From assembly GCF_964213995.1 (NCBI RefSeq), contig NC_135822.1:39246001-39310000 (forward strand): 64,000 bases of DNA, read 5' to 3'. The translations under genes were made by a program, and so were the position numbers. Of this stretch, positions 1 to 12,365 are shown piece by piece. Position 1 is the first letter of the stretch; every line of letters begins with the position of its first letter. This DNA is from Mustelus asterias (taxonomy: Eukaryota). Under the pieces are notes generated by a model, which was given only the letters and a program-made list of their open reading frames with translations, did not search any database and had not been told where the DNA came from.

Positions 1-272
1 AAATAAGGGCCAACATTCCATTAGCCTTTCTGATTACCTGCTGTACCTCTGTGCTAGTTTTCTGTGTTTCGTGCACAAGTCCCCCCAAATCTGCTTTCTG
101 CAGTTTTTCTCCATTTAAATAATACTCTCTTCTTTTGTCCTCCCTTCCAAAATGGACAACTTCACATTTTTCCACATTATACTCCATTGGCTAACCTTTT
201 GCCCAATATCAATATCTCTTTGTAAGCTATTTGTAACCCCCTCACAATTTATCTTTCCACTGATTTTTGCAC

Positions 273-2051
273 CATAGAACATAGAACAGTACAGCACAGA
301 ACAGGCCCTTCGGCCCACGATGTTGTGCCGAGCTTTATCTGAAACCAAGATCAAGCTATCCCACTCCCTATCATCCTGGTGTGCTCCATGTGCCTATCCA
401 ATAACCACTTAAATGTTCCTAAAGTGTCTGACTCTATCACTGCAGGCAGTCCATTCCACACCCCAACCACTCTCTGCGTAAAGAACCTACCTCTGATATC
501 CTTCCTATATCTCCCACCACGAACCCTATAGTTATGCCCCCTTGTAATAGCTCCATCCACCCGAGGAAATAGTCTTTGAACGTTCACTCTATCTATCCCC
601 TTCATCATTTTATAAACCTCTATTAAGTCTCCCCTCAGCCTCCTCCGCTCCAGAGAGAACAGCCCGAGCTCCCTCAACCTTTCCTCATAAGACCTACCCT
701 CCAAACCAGGCAGCATCCTGGTAAATCTCCTCTGCACTCTTTCCAGTGCTTCCACATCCTTCTTATAGTGGGGTGACCAGAACTGCACACAATATTCCAA
801 ATGTGGTCTCACCAAGGTCCTGTACAGTTGCAGCATAACCCCACGGCTCTTAAACTCCAACCCCCTGTTAATAAAAGCTAACACACTGTAGGCCTTCTTC
901 ACAGCTCTATCCACTTGTGTGGCAACCTTTAGAGATCTGTGGATATAGACCCCAAGATCTCTCTGTTCCTCCACAGTCTTCAGAACCCTACCTTTGACCC
1001 TGTAATCCACATTTAAATTAGTCCTACCAAAATGAATCACCTCACATTTATCAGGGTTAAACTCCATTTGCCATTTTTCAGCCCAGCTTTGCATCCTATC
1101 TATGTCTCTTTGCAGCCTACAACAGCCCTCCACCTCATCCACTACTCCACCAATCTTGGTGTCATCAGCAAATTTACTGATCCACCCTTCAGCCCCCTCC
1201 TCTAAGTCATTAATAAAAATCACAAAGAGCAGAGGACCAAGCACTGATCCCTGTGGCACTCCGCTAGCAACTTGCCTCCAATCTGAAAATTTTCCATCCA
1301 CCACCACCCTCTGTCTTCGATCAGACAGCCAGTTACCTATCCAATCGGCCAACTTTCCCTCTATCCCACACCTCCTCACTTTCATCATAAGCCGACCATG
1401 GGGGACCTTATCAAACGCCTTACTAAAATCCATGTATATGACATCAACTGCCCTACCTTCATCAACACACTTAGTTACCTCCTCAAAAAATTCAATCAAA
1501 TTTGTGAGGCACGACTTGCCCTTCACGAATCCATGCTGACTATCCCGGATTAATCCGCATCTTTCTAAATGGTCGTAAATCCCATCCCTAAGGACCTTTT
1601 CCATCAATTTACCAACCACCGAAGTAAGACTAACCGGTCTATAATTACCAGGGTCATTTCTATTCCCTTTCTTAAACAGAGGAACAACATTCGCCATTCT
1701 CCAGTCCTCTGGCACCATCCCCGTGGACAGTGAGGACCCAAAGATCAAAGCCAAAGGCTCTGCAATCTCATCCCTTGCCTCCCAAAGAATCCTAGGATAT
1801 ATTTTATCAGGCCCAGGGGACTTATCGACCTTCAGTTTATTCAAAACTGCCAGGACATCCTCCCTCCAAACATCTATTTCCTCCAGCCTATTAGCCTGTA
1901 ACACCTTCTCTTCCTCAAAAACATGACCCCTCTCCTTGGTGAACACTGAAGAAAAGTATTCATCCATCACCTCGCCTATCTCTACTGACTCCATACACAA
2001 GTTCCCACTACTGTCCTTGACCGGCCCCAACCTCACCCTGGTCATTCTTTT
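273..2051 (-). mobile_element. Young 5'-truncated CR1 LINE with uninterrupted 564-aa RT ORF (351-2045)
   Basis: PGPD, YRPVSLTS, QHGF, DFSKAFDKVPH, GVPQGSVLGP, FADD motifs; (GTTCTAT)n 3' tail. Confidence 0.95.
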
Positions 2052-2730
2052 ATCTGCAAATTTGCAAATTGCATTCTTTCATCTGCAAATTTGTCTGTAA
2101 TACATTCACTTCTTTCCCTCCAAGTCATTAATGTATATTGTAAACAGTTCCAGTCCCACACTGATCCCTGTGGAACCCCACTGGTTACAGGCCACCAACC
2201 TGAAAAATAACCCCTTATCCCCCATCTCTATCTATGCCAATGTACTATCTCCAACGCCATGGCCTTTTATCTCATGACTTACTCTTTTGTGAGGTACCTT
2301 GTCAAATCATTTCAGGGAGTCTAAATACAACACAGCTACTGCTTCCCTTCTATCCACTCAGGTTGAGACTTCCTCAAAAAAATTAATGAGACGTGATTTC
2401 CCTTTCATGAAGCCGTGCTGATTCTGCTTGATTAGATTGTGATTTTCCAAATGTGCCGCTATTCCGTCCTTGATAATTGATTCCATCATTTTTCTAACAG
2501 TAATGGTAGGCTAATCGGCCTATGCTTTTTGCCTCTTCTTTTGAATAGAGGTGTCACATTGGCAGTTTTCCAATCCTCTAGTACTTCTCCAGGATCCAAG
2601 GAATTTTGGAAAATTATAACCAATGCTGTCCAGTATCTCTGTCCCAATTCTTTGAGGATTCCAGGGATGCAAGCCATTGGGGCCAGAGACTTATCTGCAC
2701 CATTAATTTGTCTAATACTATTTCTCTAGT

Positions 2731-2912
2731 AAGTAGTCGCACAACACCAGGTTAAAGTCCAACAAGTTTATTCGGTAGCACGAGCTTTCGCTGATGAAGG
2801 AGCGGCGCTCCGAAAGCTCGTGCTACCAAATAAACCTGTTGGACTTTGACCTGGTGTTGTGAGACTACTTACTGTGCCCATCCCAGTCCAACGCCGGCAT
2901 CTCCACGTCATG
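2731..2912 (+). mobile_element. Penelope-derived hairpin element (pseudo-LTR plus inverted copy)
   Basis: Inverted arms; direct repeat actatttctctagt at 2717-2730 and 2913-2926; same ends as the 38526 copy. Confidence 0.8.
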
Positions 2913-3366
2913 ACTATTTCTCTAGTGATGGTGATTAATTCCTCCCTCGTATTCTTTAGTATTAACAGGATGTTTGAGGTATCTTCCACCGTAAAGACTG
3001 ATGCAAAATATCTGTTTAACTCCTCTGCCATTTCCTTGTTCCTCATGACTATCTCCCCAGATTCATTTTCACTGTCTCACCCTCCACATGTCATCTACCC
3101 TTAGCCAAACCCTCCAAAAGTCCCACTGTCTCCTCACCCAGCTTTCCCTACACTAGCCACCCATCAGCAAAACTATTTCATTCAAAATTCCCATCACAGG
3201 ACCATAGGAGCAGGAGTAAACCATTCAACCTACTGTGTCCAAGCCCAGTCAGTCCTCATGCCCATGTCTAGTCATGCAGTTCCAGGCAGGAGTGGCCGGG
3301 TAATAATTCTGGCTGCTGCCCATGACCACCACCAAGGCAATTATCATTGCTGTTTTGACAGACTGA

Positions 3367-3489
3367 TGTGGAGATGCCGGCGTTGGACTGGGGTAAGCAC
3401 AGGAAGAAGTCTCACAACACCAGGTTAAAGTCCAACTGCTACCAAATAAACCTGTTGGACTTTCACCTGGTGTTGTGAGACTTCTTACA
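3367..3489 (-). mobile_element. Penelope-derived hairpin element, internally deleted (hammerhead region lost)
   Basis: Same termini as the other copies; direct repeat ttgacagactga at 3355-3366 and 3490-3501. Confidence 0.75.
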
Positions 3490-4302
3490 TTGACAGACTG
3501 AGGCAGAGCAGTCAAGACATTGAGCCTGAGATTTTCCCTGTCTGCATGACTCAGCTGTAAAACACGTCCACATAACCAGATGTCCTGAAAAGTGCCACAT
3601 AAATTATTTCTCACATTTAGAAGTCTTTTCCTCCTTGATGGTTGGCAATGGTCTGACTGTATCTACATTGCAAGGCTGAGGGTAACAGCTCCAGAGCAAA
3701 ATTAAATTAAACATAAAAATTAGGGGAAGAGGCTGGAGCATATTAAGCTTGAGACTGTCTGTGTCCAATCCCTGGGTTTATCTGATGCTCGGCAACTTTC
3801 AACTTTGACTTAGTAAACTTGATGTTTCAGCCCTTGGCACGTGCGTCCCCTGGTGGCCAGTAAAATACTGCAGTTTGAACATATCCCTGCACTCATGTGA
3901 AATAACCCATTAACATTTGACTGCCTTTTACAGCTTTAGAAATGTGTTTTATTTTATCAAAGCACTTATAAACTGGCGCTTCAAAGGACTGCATGTTACC
4001 AAATGAGTTTGTTCCAGAGCAGCCATTTGATGCATGTCCATCACTGTTCTCAATAAGTGCAAGTTTGATGGAATAGGAGAGGGTTCTGACTGTTACATGG
4101 GATCTTCGTACAGTACGTTCCAGTCACTGAGCAAGAACACTGTTCCAGTAGTTGTGCTTGAAGTCTCAATGAAAGTTGGAGACAGTTGCTGTCCCAACAA
4201 TAACTTATATTGATGTAAACTTTACCGAAAAAGTTCTAAGTTGCTTCACATGAGCTTTATTGGACAAAACTGAAACCAAGTCACCCCGAAAGAGACATTA
4301 GC

Positions 4303-4627
4303 ATCATAGAATCCTACAGTGCAGAATGAGGCCATTCGGCCCATCAAGTCTGCACCGACCACAATCCCACCCAGGCTCTATCCCCACAGCCCCATGCATT
4401 TACCCTAGTTAGTCCCCCTGACACTAAGGGGCAATTTAGCATGGCCAATCCACCTAACCAGCACGTCTTTCAGACTGTGGGAGGAAATCGGAGCACCCGG
4501 AGGAAACCCACGCAGACACGGGGAGAACGTGCAAACTCCACACAGACAGTGACCCAAGCCGGGAATCGAACCTGGGCCCCTGGCGCTGTGAGGCAGCAGT
4601 GCTAACCACTGTGCCACCGTGCTGCCC
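4303..4627 (-). mobile_element. HE1/V-SINE-type SINE, CR1-type tail
   Basis: tRNA-like head (TGGCACAGTGG A box, GGTTCGATTCC B box), V-domain core, GATTCTAT tail. Confidence 0.9.
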
Positions 4628-5194
4628 CACAGTGAGGTGGCACAGTGGGAAAGGTGATAAATTGAAGTGCGCTGTGTGCGTGCTTTGATGGTAAACATTT
4701 CTGTTTTTGCCATTACTGAGGGAACAACTCGTAAATGAACATGATTGGTTCTCAGATTTGATGGCCTACTGACTCCGATAAAATCTGATTAGGTACTTTG
4801 GAAAGCATCGCAGCAAAATGTGCCTGGGGCCATTATGGTTGCTGTAAGTGCAAACCATTGCTCTGCCGAAAGGCTCAAAACCACAGCAATCCATGCTCAG
4901 AGTTGGGAGGCGTTTACATTTGATGGTGCCGTGATGTCCCTGTGCCAGGGAGCTGCCCTAACCATGAGTTTCGAGTTTATGTCTGCGAATCGTTGTCTGC
5001 TGAGCTACTCACCCTCACTGGGCCTTTCAAGGTTCGGGAAGGAGATTCTGAGCAGAAACGAGATACTTCCCCACAGGTCTTCGAGGTTCCTGGAGGGAAA
5101 TATACCGCCATTTTTCATTGCGGAATAGTGCAGGCAGAGGCAGGAAAACAGACTGTGCTATTCTCTCGACATTAAGTGGCATGTGAGCATAAGA

Positions 5195-5464
5195 AGGTAC
5201 ACAGCACCAGGTTAAAGTCCAACAGGTTTATTTGGCAGCACAAGCCACTAGCTTTCGGAGCGCTGCCCCTTCATCAGGTGAGTGGGATCTCTGCTCAGAA
5301 CAGAACAGCTCTGTTCTGAACAGAACTCCCAGTCACCTGATGAAGGGGCAGCGCTCCGAAAGCTAGTGGCTTGTGCTACCAAATAAACCTGTTGGACTTT
5401 AACCTGGTGTTGTGAGACTTCTTACTGTGTTTACCCCAGTCCAATGCCGGCATCTCCACATCAT
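5195..5464 (+). mobile_element. Penelope-derived hairpin element
   Basis: Inverted arms of about 110 bp around 5307; direct repeat agcataaga at 5186-5194 and 5465-5473. Confidence 0.8.
5332..5370 (+). ncRNA. Putative minimal type I hammerhead ribozyme (mirror copy on - strand at about 5244-5282)
   Basis: gucac-CUGAUGA-a-ggggc(agc)gcucc-GAAA-GCU-A-guggc: helix I, core, helix II, palindromic AGCU in place of helix III. Activity untested. Confidence 0.65.
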
Positions 5465-6020
5465 AGCATAAGATCAAAGACAGCATTTGAAATTGCCCTG
5501 CATGAAACGCCAGTCATAGTTGGCAAGTTTTTGCAAATCCCTTGCATGAAACCGCATGAATCTGTTGCTTTTCTAATCAAGCAAAGGGGAAAAGAAATTG
5601 CCAGTGCTGCTGTGGAAGTCGAGACTTTAGACAAAGCAGGGTTAGAGGTCGGAGATAATTGATGCACAAACGTTACTTCAGTACCTAATGTTTAGCTCTC
5701 TTACTGAAAATGGTAGATTTCCATTATAAATCTCAAAATCCACACTTACAATGCAAACTGTGCATCAACATGTCATGTTGCAGTTACATCTCCTCCTCCA
5801 GTGGAGGCACTGTTTATAGATAATTTTGTACTGTAATTACACTTTCACCCCACTGGAGGCACTGTTCATTGGCAGTTGCCATTATAACTTTGTGGACATA
5901 GGCATTTATAAAAAGTTGACAATTCACAGAAATGGAAGATGCTTCATATGTTATTGGTAGGTACAAATCTACCAACATAATGCTCTGTGTGACGTACATT
6001 ATTTTTTGTTTTTTTTCCAG

Positions 6021-6156
6021 GCCAAGGTTGAAAGGACAGATATCGGGACTCTCATTATCCCTTCAATCACTGTTGCCCAAGCTGGTATCTACCTGTGTGT
6101 GGGAACCAATGCTGCTGGCTCTTCAGAAGGTCGCATTGAAGTCTCGGTATTAGCCT
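6021..6156 (+). CDS. HSPG2: HSPG2 exon, C-terminal half of the Ig domain preceding the repeat block (AKVERTDIGTLIIPSITVAQAGIYLCVGTNAAGSSEGRIEVSVLA)
   Basis: ttttttccag acceptor; T|gtaggt donor; 136 nt, phase 0 to 1. Confidence 0.9.
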
Positions 6157-6913
6157 GTAGGTCTTGGTTTTGCAGAAGGATTAAATTTATTTGTAGTTGT
6201 TTGGTGGTATGGAACTTGAGTATTGCTGAAAGAAACTTTTCACCTTGTACTCATCAGGCACTTCCCAAAAATAACTTCGACATGTCTCTTTTTTCAACAA
6301 TACTCAAATTTATTTGTGCTGATGTTTAATGTTGTCGAACATTCAGTTTGCTCTTACTCTTGTGCCCAGCTATGAGCCTCAGTATGAATTACCCCTCCAG
6401 CCTCAAAGCCTTGACTTCAAAAGAAGCCATTTCAGATTTTTCCTACCTGAGGGAGGTTATTCTATTTCGACTCAGTCACAAGTAGCCTCGCAGGGACCTG
6501 CATCCTGGGCCTCCCAATCAGAGACGATCATGCAAAATCGATGGATCCAGTGAATCTGCCACGAGCCACAAACTGACAGACTGGCCAATTCTGTTCCCTG
6601 TCTGGGTGTATAGCTGAATCCCATTTCAACTGAAGGACAGCCAGAAATGTTTTAAATGCAGATATTGTGACGCAACCTGCATTCAGCCCATTGACTTTAT
6701 CTCAGAATTTTCCACTAGTGGGCTTGAGTCAGGTGTACAGAGTTTATTCCAACAGATGCCTCCGGAGTCAGTCAAGAACAGAGTGACACATGTTCATGTT
6801 TCTTTCCTATCCCCATGCAGTGGATTTTGTACTTATTAAAGAGTAACTTTGCCGAAAGCACAATCACTGCGTAAGGTGAAATAAAGTTGCCTTTTGCAGT
6901 TGTGATAATTTTG

Positions 6914-7128
6914 ATGGGGAGATGCCGGCGATGGACTGGGGTGGGCATAGTAAGAAGTCTCACAACACCAGGTTAAAGTCCAACAGTTTTATTTGGATTC
7001 ACGAGCTTTCGGAACACTGCTCCTTCATCAAGTGAGTCTCACCTGATGAAGGAGCAGTGCTCCGAAAGCTCATGATTCCAAATAAACCTGTTGAACTTTA
7101 ACAGGTGATGTGAGGCTTCTTACTGTGT
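6914..7128 (-). mobile_element. Penelope-derived hairpin element
   Basis: Arms about 6948-7036 and 7038-7125; flanked by taattttg direct repeat. Confidence 0.8.
7039..7075 (+). ncRNA. Putative minimal hammerhead ribozyme with a helix I mismatch
   Basis: ucac-CUGAUGA-a-ggagc(agu)gcucc-GAAA-GCU-C-auga. Confidence 0.5.
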
Positions 7129-7858
7129 TAATTTTGTAATATATGAAATGTTAATAAATGAAATAAATGTCCTTTCTTTTACCTGGTTTATCTTCAAAGC
7201 AGACATACTCCAAACTATCCCTATATTTTTAATTTCTGATTGGTCAATTTCTTATAGCAACTTCCCATTATAAATTCCGACATCACATTTATTAAAGGAA
7301 GCTGTCACGCTGTAATTAATCTTTCCCACTAGGGTTTTTTTTTCAGAACATTAACTGAAATCTGGGCTGTTGATTATTTGGAAATCTAAGATCCTGATTG
7401 ATGCTCTTACAGTTTAGAAAAGTTTAATAGAATTCAACCAAAAACATTTGATTAAAATGAGCTATCATATGCTGTTCATCTACTTCACCACAAACCTAAC
7501 CCCACAAATATTAAACAAACTTTGTACCATGATCAAAATGCTCATTTAGAAATTATCCACTGCTCTAAAAAGTATTTGTTTCTAAAATAAATATATCATT
7601 AAAATATGTTTACACTTGCACTGTCTTCTATAATTATGACCCATTTAATTTGCGGTATCTGCACTTAGGTGCCTGTATCATCTAGAAATTCCTTAGATCC
7701 GTCACACATTAAATTCCCTTTGAAGAATATTGGCTCTTGTGCAAGCAGTTTACCCGTGTGTTTTTCTCATCTTTTCTGCCTTTTGTTTTAGTTTTCAGAG
7801 AAAGTTTCCTTGTTCCGTGTTTTGATCTTTTTGTTTCTGGTGTCTACTCTCCCCACAG

Positions 7859-8010
7859 CAGAAGGATCTGCACCAGCAGCCAGAATTCAGCCCTCCCCAG
7901 CCTCAGTGACAGAGGGAGAAACACTGGAATTGTACTGCCATGTGACAGGGGAGCCTCGGCCCACGATCACATGGCGCAAGTCAAGTGGCCAACTAACCAC
8001 GAACCACCAG
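7859..8010 (+). CDS. HSPG2: HSPG2 Ig module 1, N-half exon (EGSAPAARIQPSPASVTEGETLELYCHVTGEPRPTITWRKSSGQLTTNHQ)
   Basis: ccccacag acceptor, CAG|gtatac donor, 152 nt, phase 1 to 0; Ig Cys and Trp present. Confidence 0.92.
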
Positions 8011-8084
8011 GTATACAATTGTAATTTCTGGCTTGGGAGCGGGATAGAGCAAAGGCATCCCAAGCTTTTCCCATTGAACTTTTT

Positions 8085-8205
8085 GATTTGATTTGATTTA
8101 TTATTGTCACATGTATTAGCATACAATGAAAAGTATTGTTTCTTGAGCGCTATACAAAGCATACCGTTCATAGAAAAGGAAAGGAGAGGGTGCAGAAGGT
8201 CGTGT
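8085..8205 (-). mobile_element. Rex1-like LINE 3' fragment (similar fragments at about 15250-15346 + and 57409-57494 -)
   Basis: Matches the 3' end of the 45698-46712 element: ...TGTGACAATAATAAATCAAATC. Confidence 0.75.
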
Positions 8206-8569
8206 TGAATAGAGCATTGTTAGAGAGCTTAAAAGAGTTAGAAGAAAGTTTTAAAAGCATAGAACGAGAGTAAAAGATAGAATTAAAGGGCATGCTGGGA
8301 ACAGCTTGCAAGAAGTCGCCTCGCTCCAGCGCCATATTGGATTAGTCTTCACGGAAGGGTTCTCTGTGTCCTCACCATGTTAATCTCTCAATCAGTATCA
8401 TTACCGCTGATGATCTTGCTTTTGTGGGAGCTTGCTGTGTGCAAATTGGCTGCACCATTTTTCGACAGTGGCACAGTGGTTAACACTGCTGCATCACAAC
8501 GCCAGGGACCCAGGTTTGATTCCCAGCTTGGGTCACTGTCAGTGCGGAGTCTGCACTTTACATTACAAC

Positions 8570-8775
8570 AGTAAGTAACAGTAAAGTCGCCATAGTCCCA
8601 GATGACCATAGGCACTGACTGGTGGTGATTTAACCTGAGCATCACCACACCTCAGGGGAGGAGCACTGTTGAGAAGGTGGGACCTTCATGAGTAACCTCA
8701 GCCAGTACAGAAATTGAACCCATGCTGTTGGCATCGCTCTGCATCACTAACCAGCCAACTGAGCCAAACCGGCCA
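8570..8775 (-). mobile_element. tRNA-derived SINE with GGGACTATGGCGACTTTAC tail, adjacent to an HE1 head fragment (8466-8556 +) within a Deu-SINE remnant
   Basis: Homologous to 43744-43961. Confidence 0.65.
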
Positions 8776-9172
8776 GTGCAACCATGTGGTACACCCACAG
8801 TGCTTTTCTGTGCAGCAGTTTTAATACAAGTGAGTTGTTTGCTATCAATTCGGAGGGTAGTCAAGAGTCAACCGCATGGCTGTAGACCTGGAGTCACGTG
8901 CAAGCCAGACCGGTTTAATATCCTTCAAGGGTATTAATGAACCAGATGGTTTATACAACACAGTAATTTTGTGATCATTATTAGCAAGTCATGTACTTTA
9001 TTCTGGAAGCTTTAAATAATTAATTGAATTCAAATTCCCTGGTGGGATTAGAACTCATGCCTCCGAAGCATTAGTTCTGGCCTCTGGATTGCCAGTCTAG
9101 TAACATATTACCATATGTAGTTGTTTCTCAGAAAGGGGTTCCATGGCTCTGATTTTGCTGTTGATTTTGTAG

Positions 9173-9302
9173 GTGCAGGGTCCCGTGTTACGCATCCAGC
9201 AAGCCACTGCTGCAGATGTTGGGAATTACATCTGCCATGTTGAAAACCAGCTTGGAATGCAAGAAGTTTCGGTCTCTGTGTCGGTCACCACCAGTGTTCA
9301 CC
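9173..9302 (+). CDS. HSPG2: HSPG2 Ig module 1, C-half exon (VQGPVLRIQQATAADVGNYICHVENQLGMQEVSVSVSVTTSVH)
   Basis: ttttgtag acceptor, C|gtacgt donor, 130 nt; DxGxYxC motif. Confidence 0.9.
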
Positions 9303-9384
9303 GTACGTAACCCTCTCATTCTTATTGGGTAGCAATGGGATATTTCTGCCCATTTGTTTTCTTAAGGATGATACAATGGTTGTT

Positions 9385-11925
9385 TTGCTAAGCTCCTAAA
9401 AGAAGTGGCTGTGCGGATTGTAGGCGCATTGGTTGTAATTTTCCAACATTCCTGAGATTCAGAAAAGGTTCTATCAGATTGGAAAATAGTAAATGTAACT
9501 CCTCTTGTCCAAGAAAGGAGGAAGACAGAAACTACAGGCCAGTTAGCCTTAATGTCTGTCATAGAGAAATTGTTAGAATCTATTATTAAGGAGGTTATAG
9601 CAGAGCACTTAATAAATCTCAATGCAATCAGACAGAGTCAGTATGGTTTTGTGAAAGGAAAATCATATTTGACGAATTTATTGAAGTTCCTTCAGGCATT
9701 AGAAAGTAATGGGGATAAAGGGGAACCTGAAGATGTGGTCTACTTGCATTTCCAAAAGGCATTTAATAAGTTGCCATATCAAAGGGTACTACACAAAATA
9801 AGAGTATGGTGTATGGGGGTAACATATTACAAAGAACAAAGAACAGTACAGCACAGGAAACAGGCCCTTCGGCCCGCCAAGCCTGTGCCGCTCCTTGGTC
9901 CAACTAGACCAATTGTTTGTATCCCTCCATTCCCAGGCTGCTCATGTGACTATCCAGGTAAGTCTTAAACGATGTCAGCGTGCCTGCCTCCACCACCCTA
10001 CTTGGCAGCGCATTCCAGGCCCCCACCACCCTCTGTGTAAAAAACGTCCCTCTGATGTCTGAGTTATACTTCGCCCCTCTCACCTTGAGCCCGTGACCCC
10101 TTGTGATCGTCACCTCCGACCTGGGAAAAAGCTTCCCACTGTTCACCCTATCTATACCCTTCATAATCTTGTACACCTCTATTAGATCTCTCCTCATTCT
10201 CCGTCTTTCAAGGGAGAACAACCCCAGTTTACCCAATCTCTCCTCATAGCTAAGACCCTCCATACCAGGCAACATCCTGGTAAACCTTCTCTGCACTCTC
10301 TCTAACGCCTCCACGTCCTTCTGGTAGTGCGGCGACCAGAACTGGATGCAGTACTCCAAATGTGGCCTAACCAGCATTCTATACAGCTGCATCATCAGAC
10401 TCCAGCTTTTATACTCTATACCCCGTCCTATAAAGGCAAGCATACCATATGCCTTCTTCACCACCTTCTCCACCTGTGTTGCCACCTTCAAGGATTTGTG
10501 GACTTGCACACCTAGGTCCCTCTGTGTTTCTATACTCCTGATGACTCTGCCATTTATTGTATAACTCCTCCCTACATTATTTCTTCCAAAATGCATCACT
10601 TCGCATTTATCCGGATTAAACTCCATCTGCCACCTCTCCGCCCAATTTTCCAGCCTATCTATATCCTGCTGTATTGCCTGACAATGCTCTTCGCTATCCG
10701 CAAGTCCAGCCATCTTCGTGTCATCCGCAAACTTGCTGATTACACCAGTTACACCTTCTTCCAAATCATTTATATATATCACAAATAGCAGAGGTCCCAG
10801 TACAGAGCCCTGCGGAACACCACTGGTCACAGACCTCCAGCCGGAAAAAGACCCTTCGACCACTACCCTCTGTCTCCTATGGCCAAGCCAGTTCTCCTTG
10901 TTAGCCTAGGTAGAGGATTAGTTAGCTAACAGGAAGCAGAGAGTAGGGATAAACGGGTCTTTTTCAGGTGGAGCGCCACAGGGATCAGCGCTGGGTCCTC
11001 AACTATTTTCCATCTATATCAATGATTTGCTTGAAGGGACCAAATATTTGGTTGCTAAATTTGCTGTTGACACAATGATAGGCAGGATAGTCAGTTGTGA
11101 AGAGGGTATAAGCAGCCTGAAAAGGGATTTAGAAAGGTTAAGTGAGTGGGCAAAAGTTTGAAGTATGATGTGAGAAAATGTGAACTTGTCCACTTTGGCA
11201 GGAAGAATAGAAAAGCAGTAACGATTTAAATCGGGAGAGACGGCAGAACCGCACAGTGTTTTAATACAGGGATCACAAAACGTTAGTATGGAGGTATGGA
11301 AAGTAATTAGGAAGACCAATAGAATGTTGGCATTTATTACAGGAAGAATTGAGTATAAAAATAGGGAAGTGTTGTTACAATTCTGCAAAGCCTCGATGAG
11401 ACCATATCTGTGTACACTTTTGGTCTCCTTACTTGAGGGAATGATATAATGGCAACAGAAGCAGCACAGAGCAGGTTCACTTGACTGATGCCTAGGATAC
11501 TTATGAGGAAAGGTTGGACAAGTTGGGCCTGTTTAGAAGAATGAGTAGCGGTATTCTTGAAATGTATAAGATCCTGATGGGACTTGACAGAGTGGATGCT
11601 GAGAGGATGTTTCCACTTGTGGGAGAGACTAGAATGGGGGATACCATTGAAAAATAAGGAGTTTCCCATTTAAGACAGATATGAAGAGAATCTTTTTCTC
11701 GGCGGGTTGTTAATCTATGGAATTCTTTACCCCAGAGAGCAGTGGATGCAGGGTCATTGCATGGTCTTAGGGCTGAGTTTGATAGATTCTCAATGAGCAA
11801 GAATGTCAAAGGTTATAGCGGGTAAATGGGAAAGTAGAGTTGAAGCCACAATCAGATCAGCCATGAAATTGCAGAGCAAGCTTCATGGGCTAATGGTCTA
11901 TGCCTGTTCTTAATTCTTGTGTTCT
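9385..11925 (+). mobile_element. Old CR1 LINE with stops and frameshifts, interrupted by a young CR1
   Basis: SQYGFVKGKS.LTNLL, FQKAFNK motifs and a CR1-type 3' UTR. Confidence 0.85.
9830..10896 (-). mobile_element. Young 5'-truncated CR1 LINE (319-aa RT C-terminal ORF)
   Basis: GVPQGSVLGP, FADDTK, RPHLEYC motifs; (GTTCTTT)n tail. Confidence 0.93.
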
Positions 11926-12365
11926 TGTTGTTGATGCTTCCACTGTTCTCGGGAGACCAAGATTTGAGTATGATTGAATGGGTGCATAATCATTTAGAAC
12001 TGAACACGGTTGTTAGGGTGAGTTGCAGTTCTTCTGTATGTTATAAATTTTTAACCTTGTAATATTATTAGAATGCTTGAGGAAATTAAAGATCTAAACG
12101 AAGTTTGCATAAATACTTTTAAAAGTATCTCGAGCATTGGAGCTTATACCTGGGGAAGGATGTCAGGGTCATAGAGAGGATGCAGAAGAGATTCACTGAG
12201 ATATTACCAGGGATTTAAAGGTTTTAGTTATGAGAGGACATTTGGGAAGCTAGAAGTTGCTTCATTTTAACTGAGGGGGCAGTGTAGAGCAGCATAGGAA
12301 ATTATGATGGTTGGAAAGGGATTTTAACTGGCCAGTCACTCAGCAATTAGTGGGCAAAAATTAAA

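Larger units (their letters stand above)
1..3120 (-). mobile_element. Old decayed CR1 LINE, interrupted by a young CR1 (about 273-2051) and a Penelope-type hairpin (2731-2912)
   Basis: Degenerate RT-region peptides (EDWKTANVTPLFK, EELNRYFASVFTVED); the FAD|GAKISG motif is split by the young insertion. Confidence 0.8.

Noticed and set aside
351-2045. Domesticated RT gene or autonomous element
   Set aside because: It is 5'-truncated with no endonuclease, ORF1 or promoter, and has a normal CR1 tail; an intact frame is explained by youth.
4820-5175. ORFs of 102 and 77 aa as a possible upstream HSPG2 exon
   Set aside because: No Ig motif or perlecan similarity; the preceding exon probably lies before the window.
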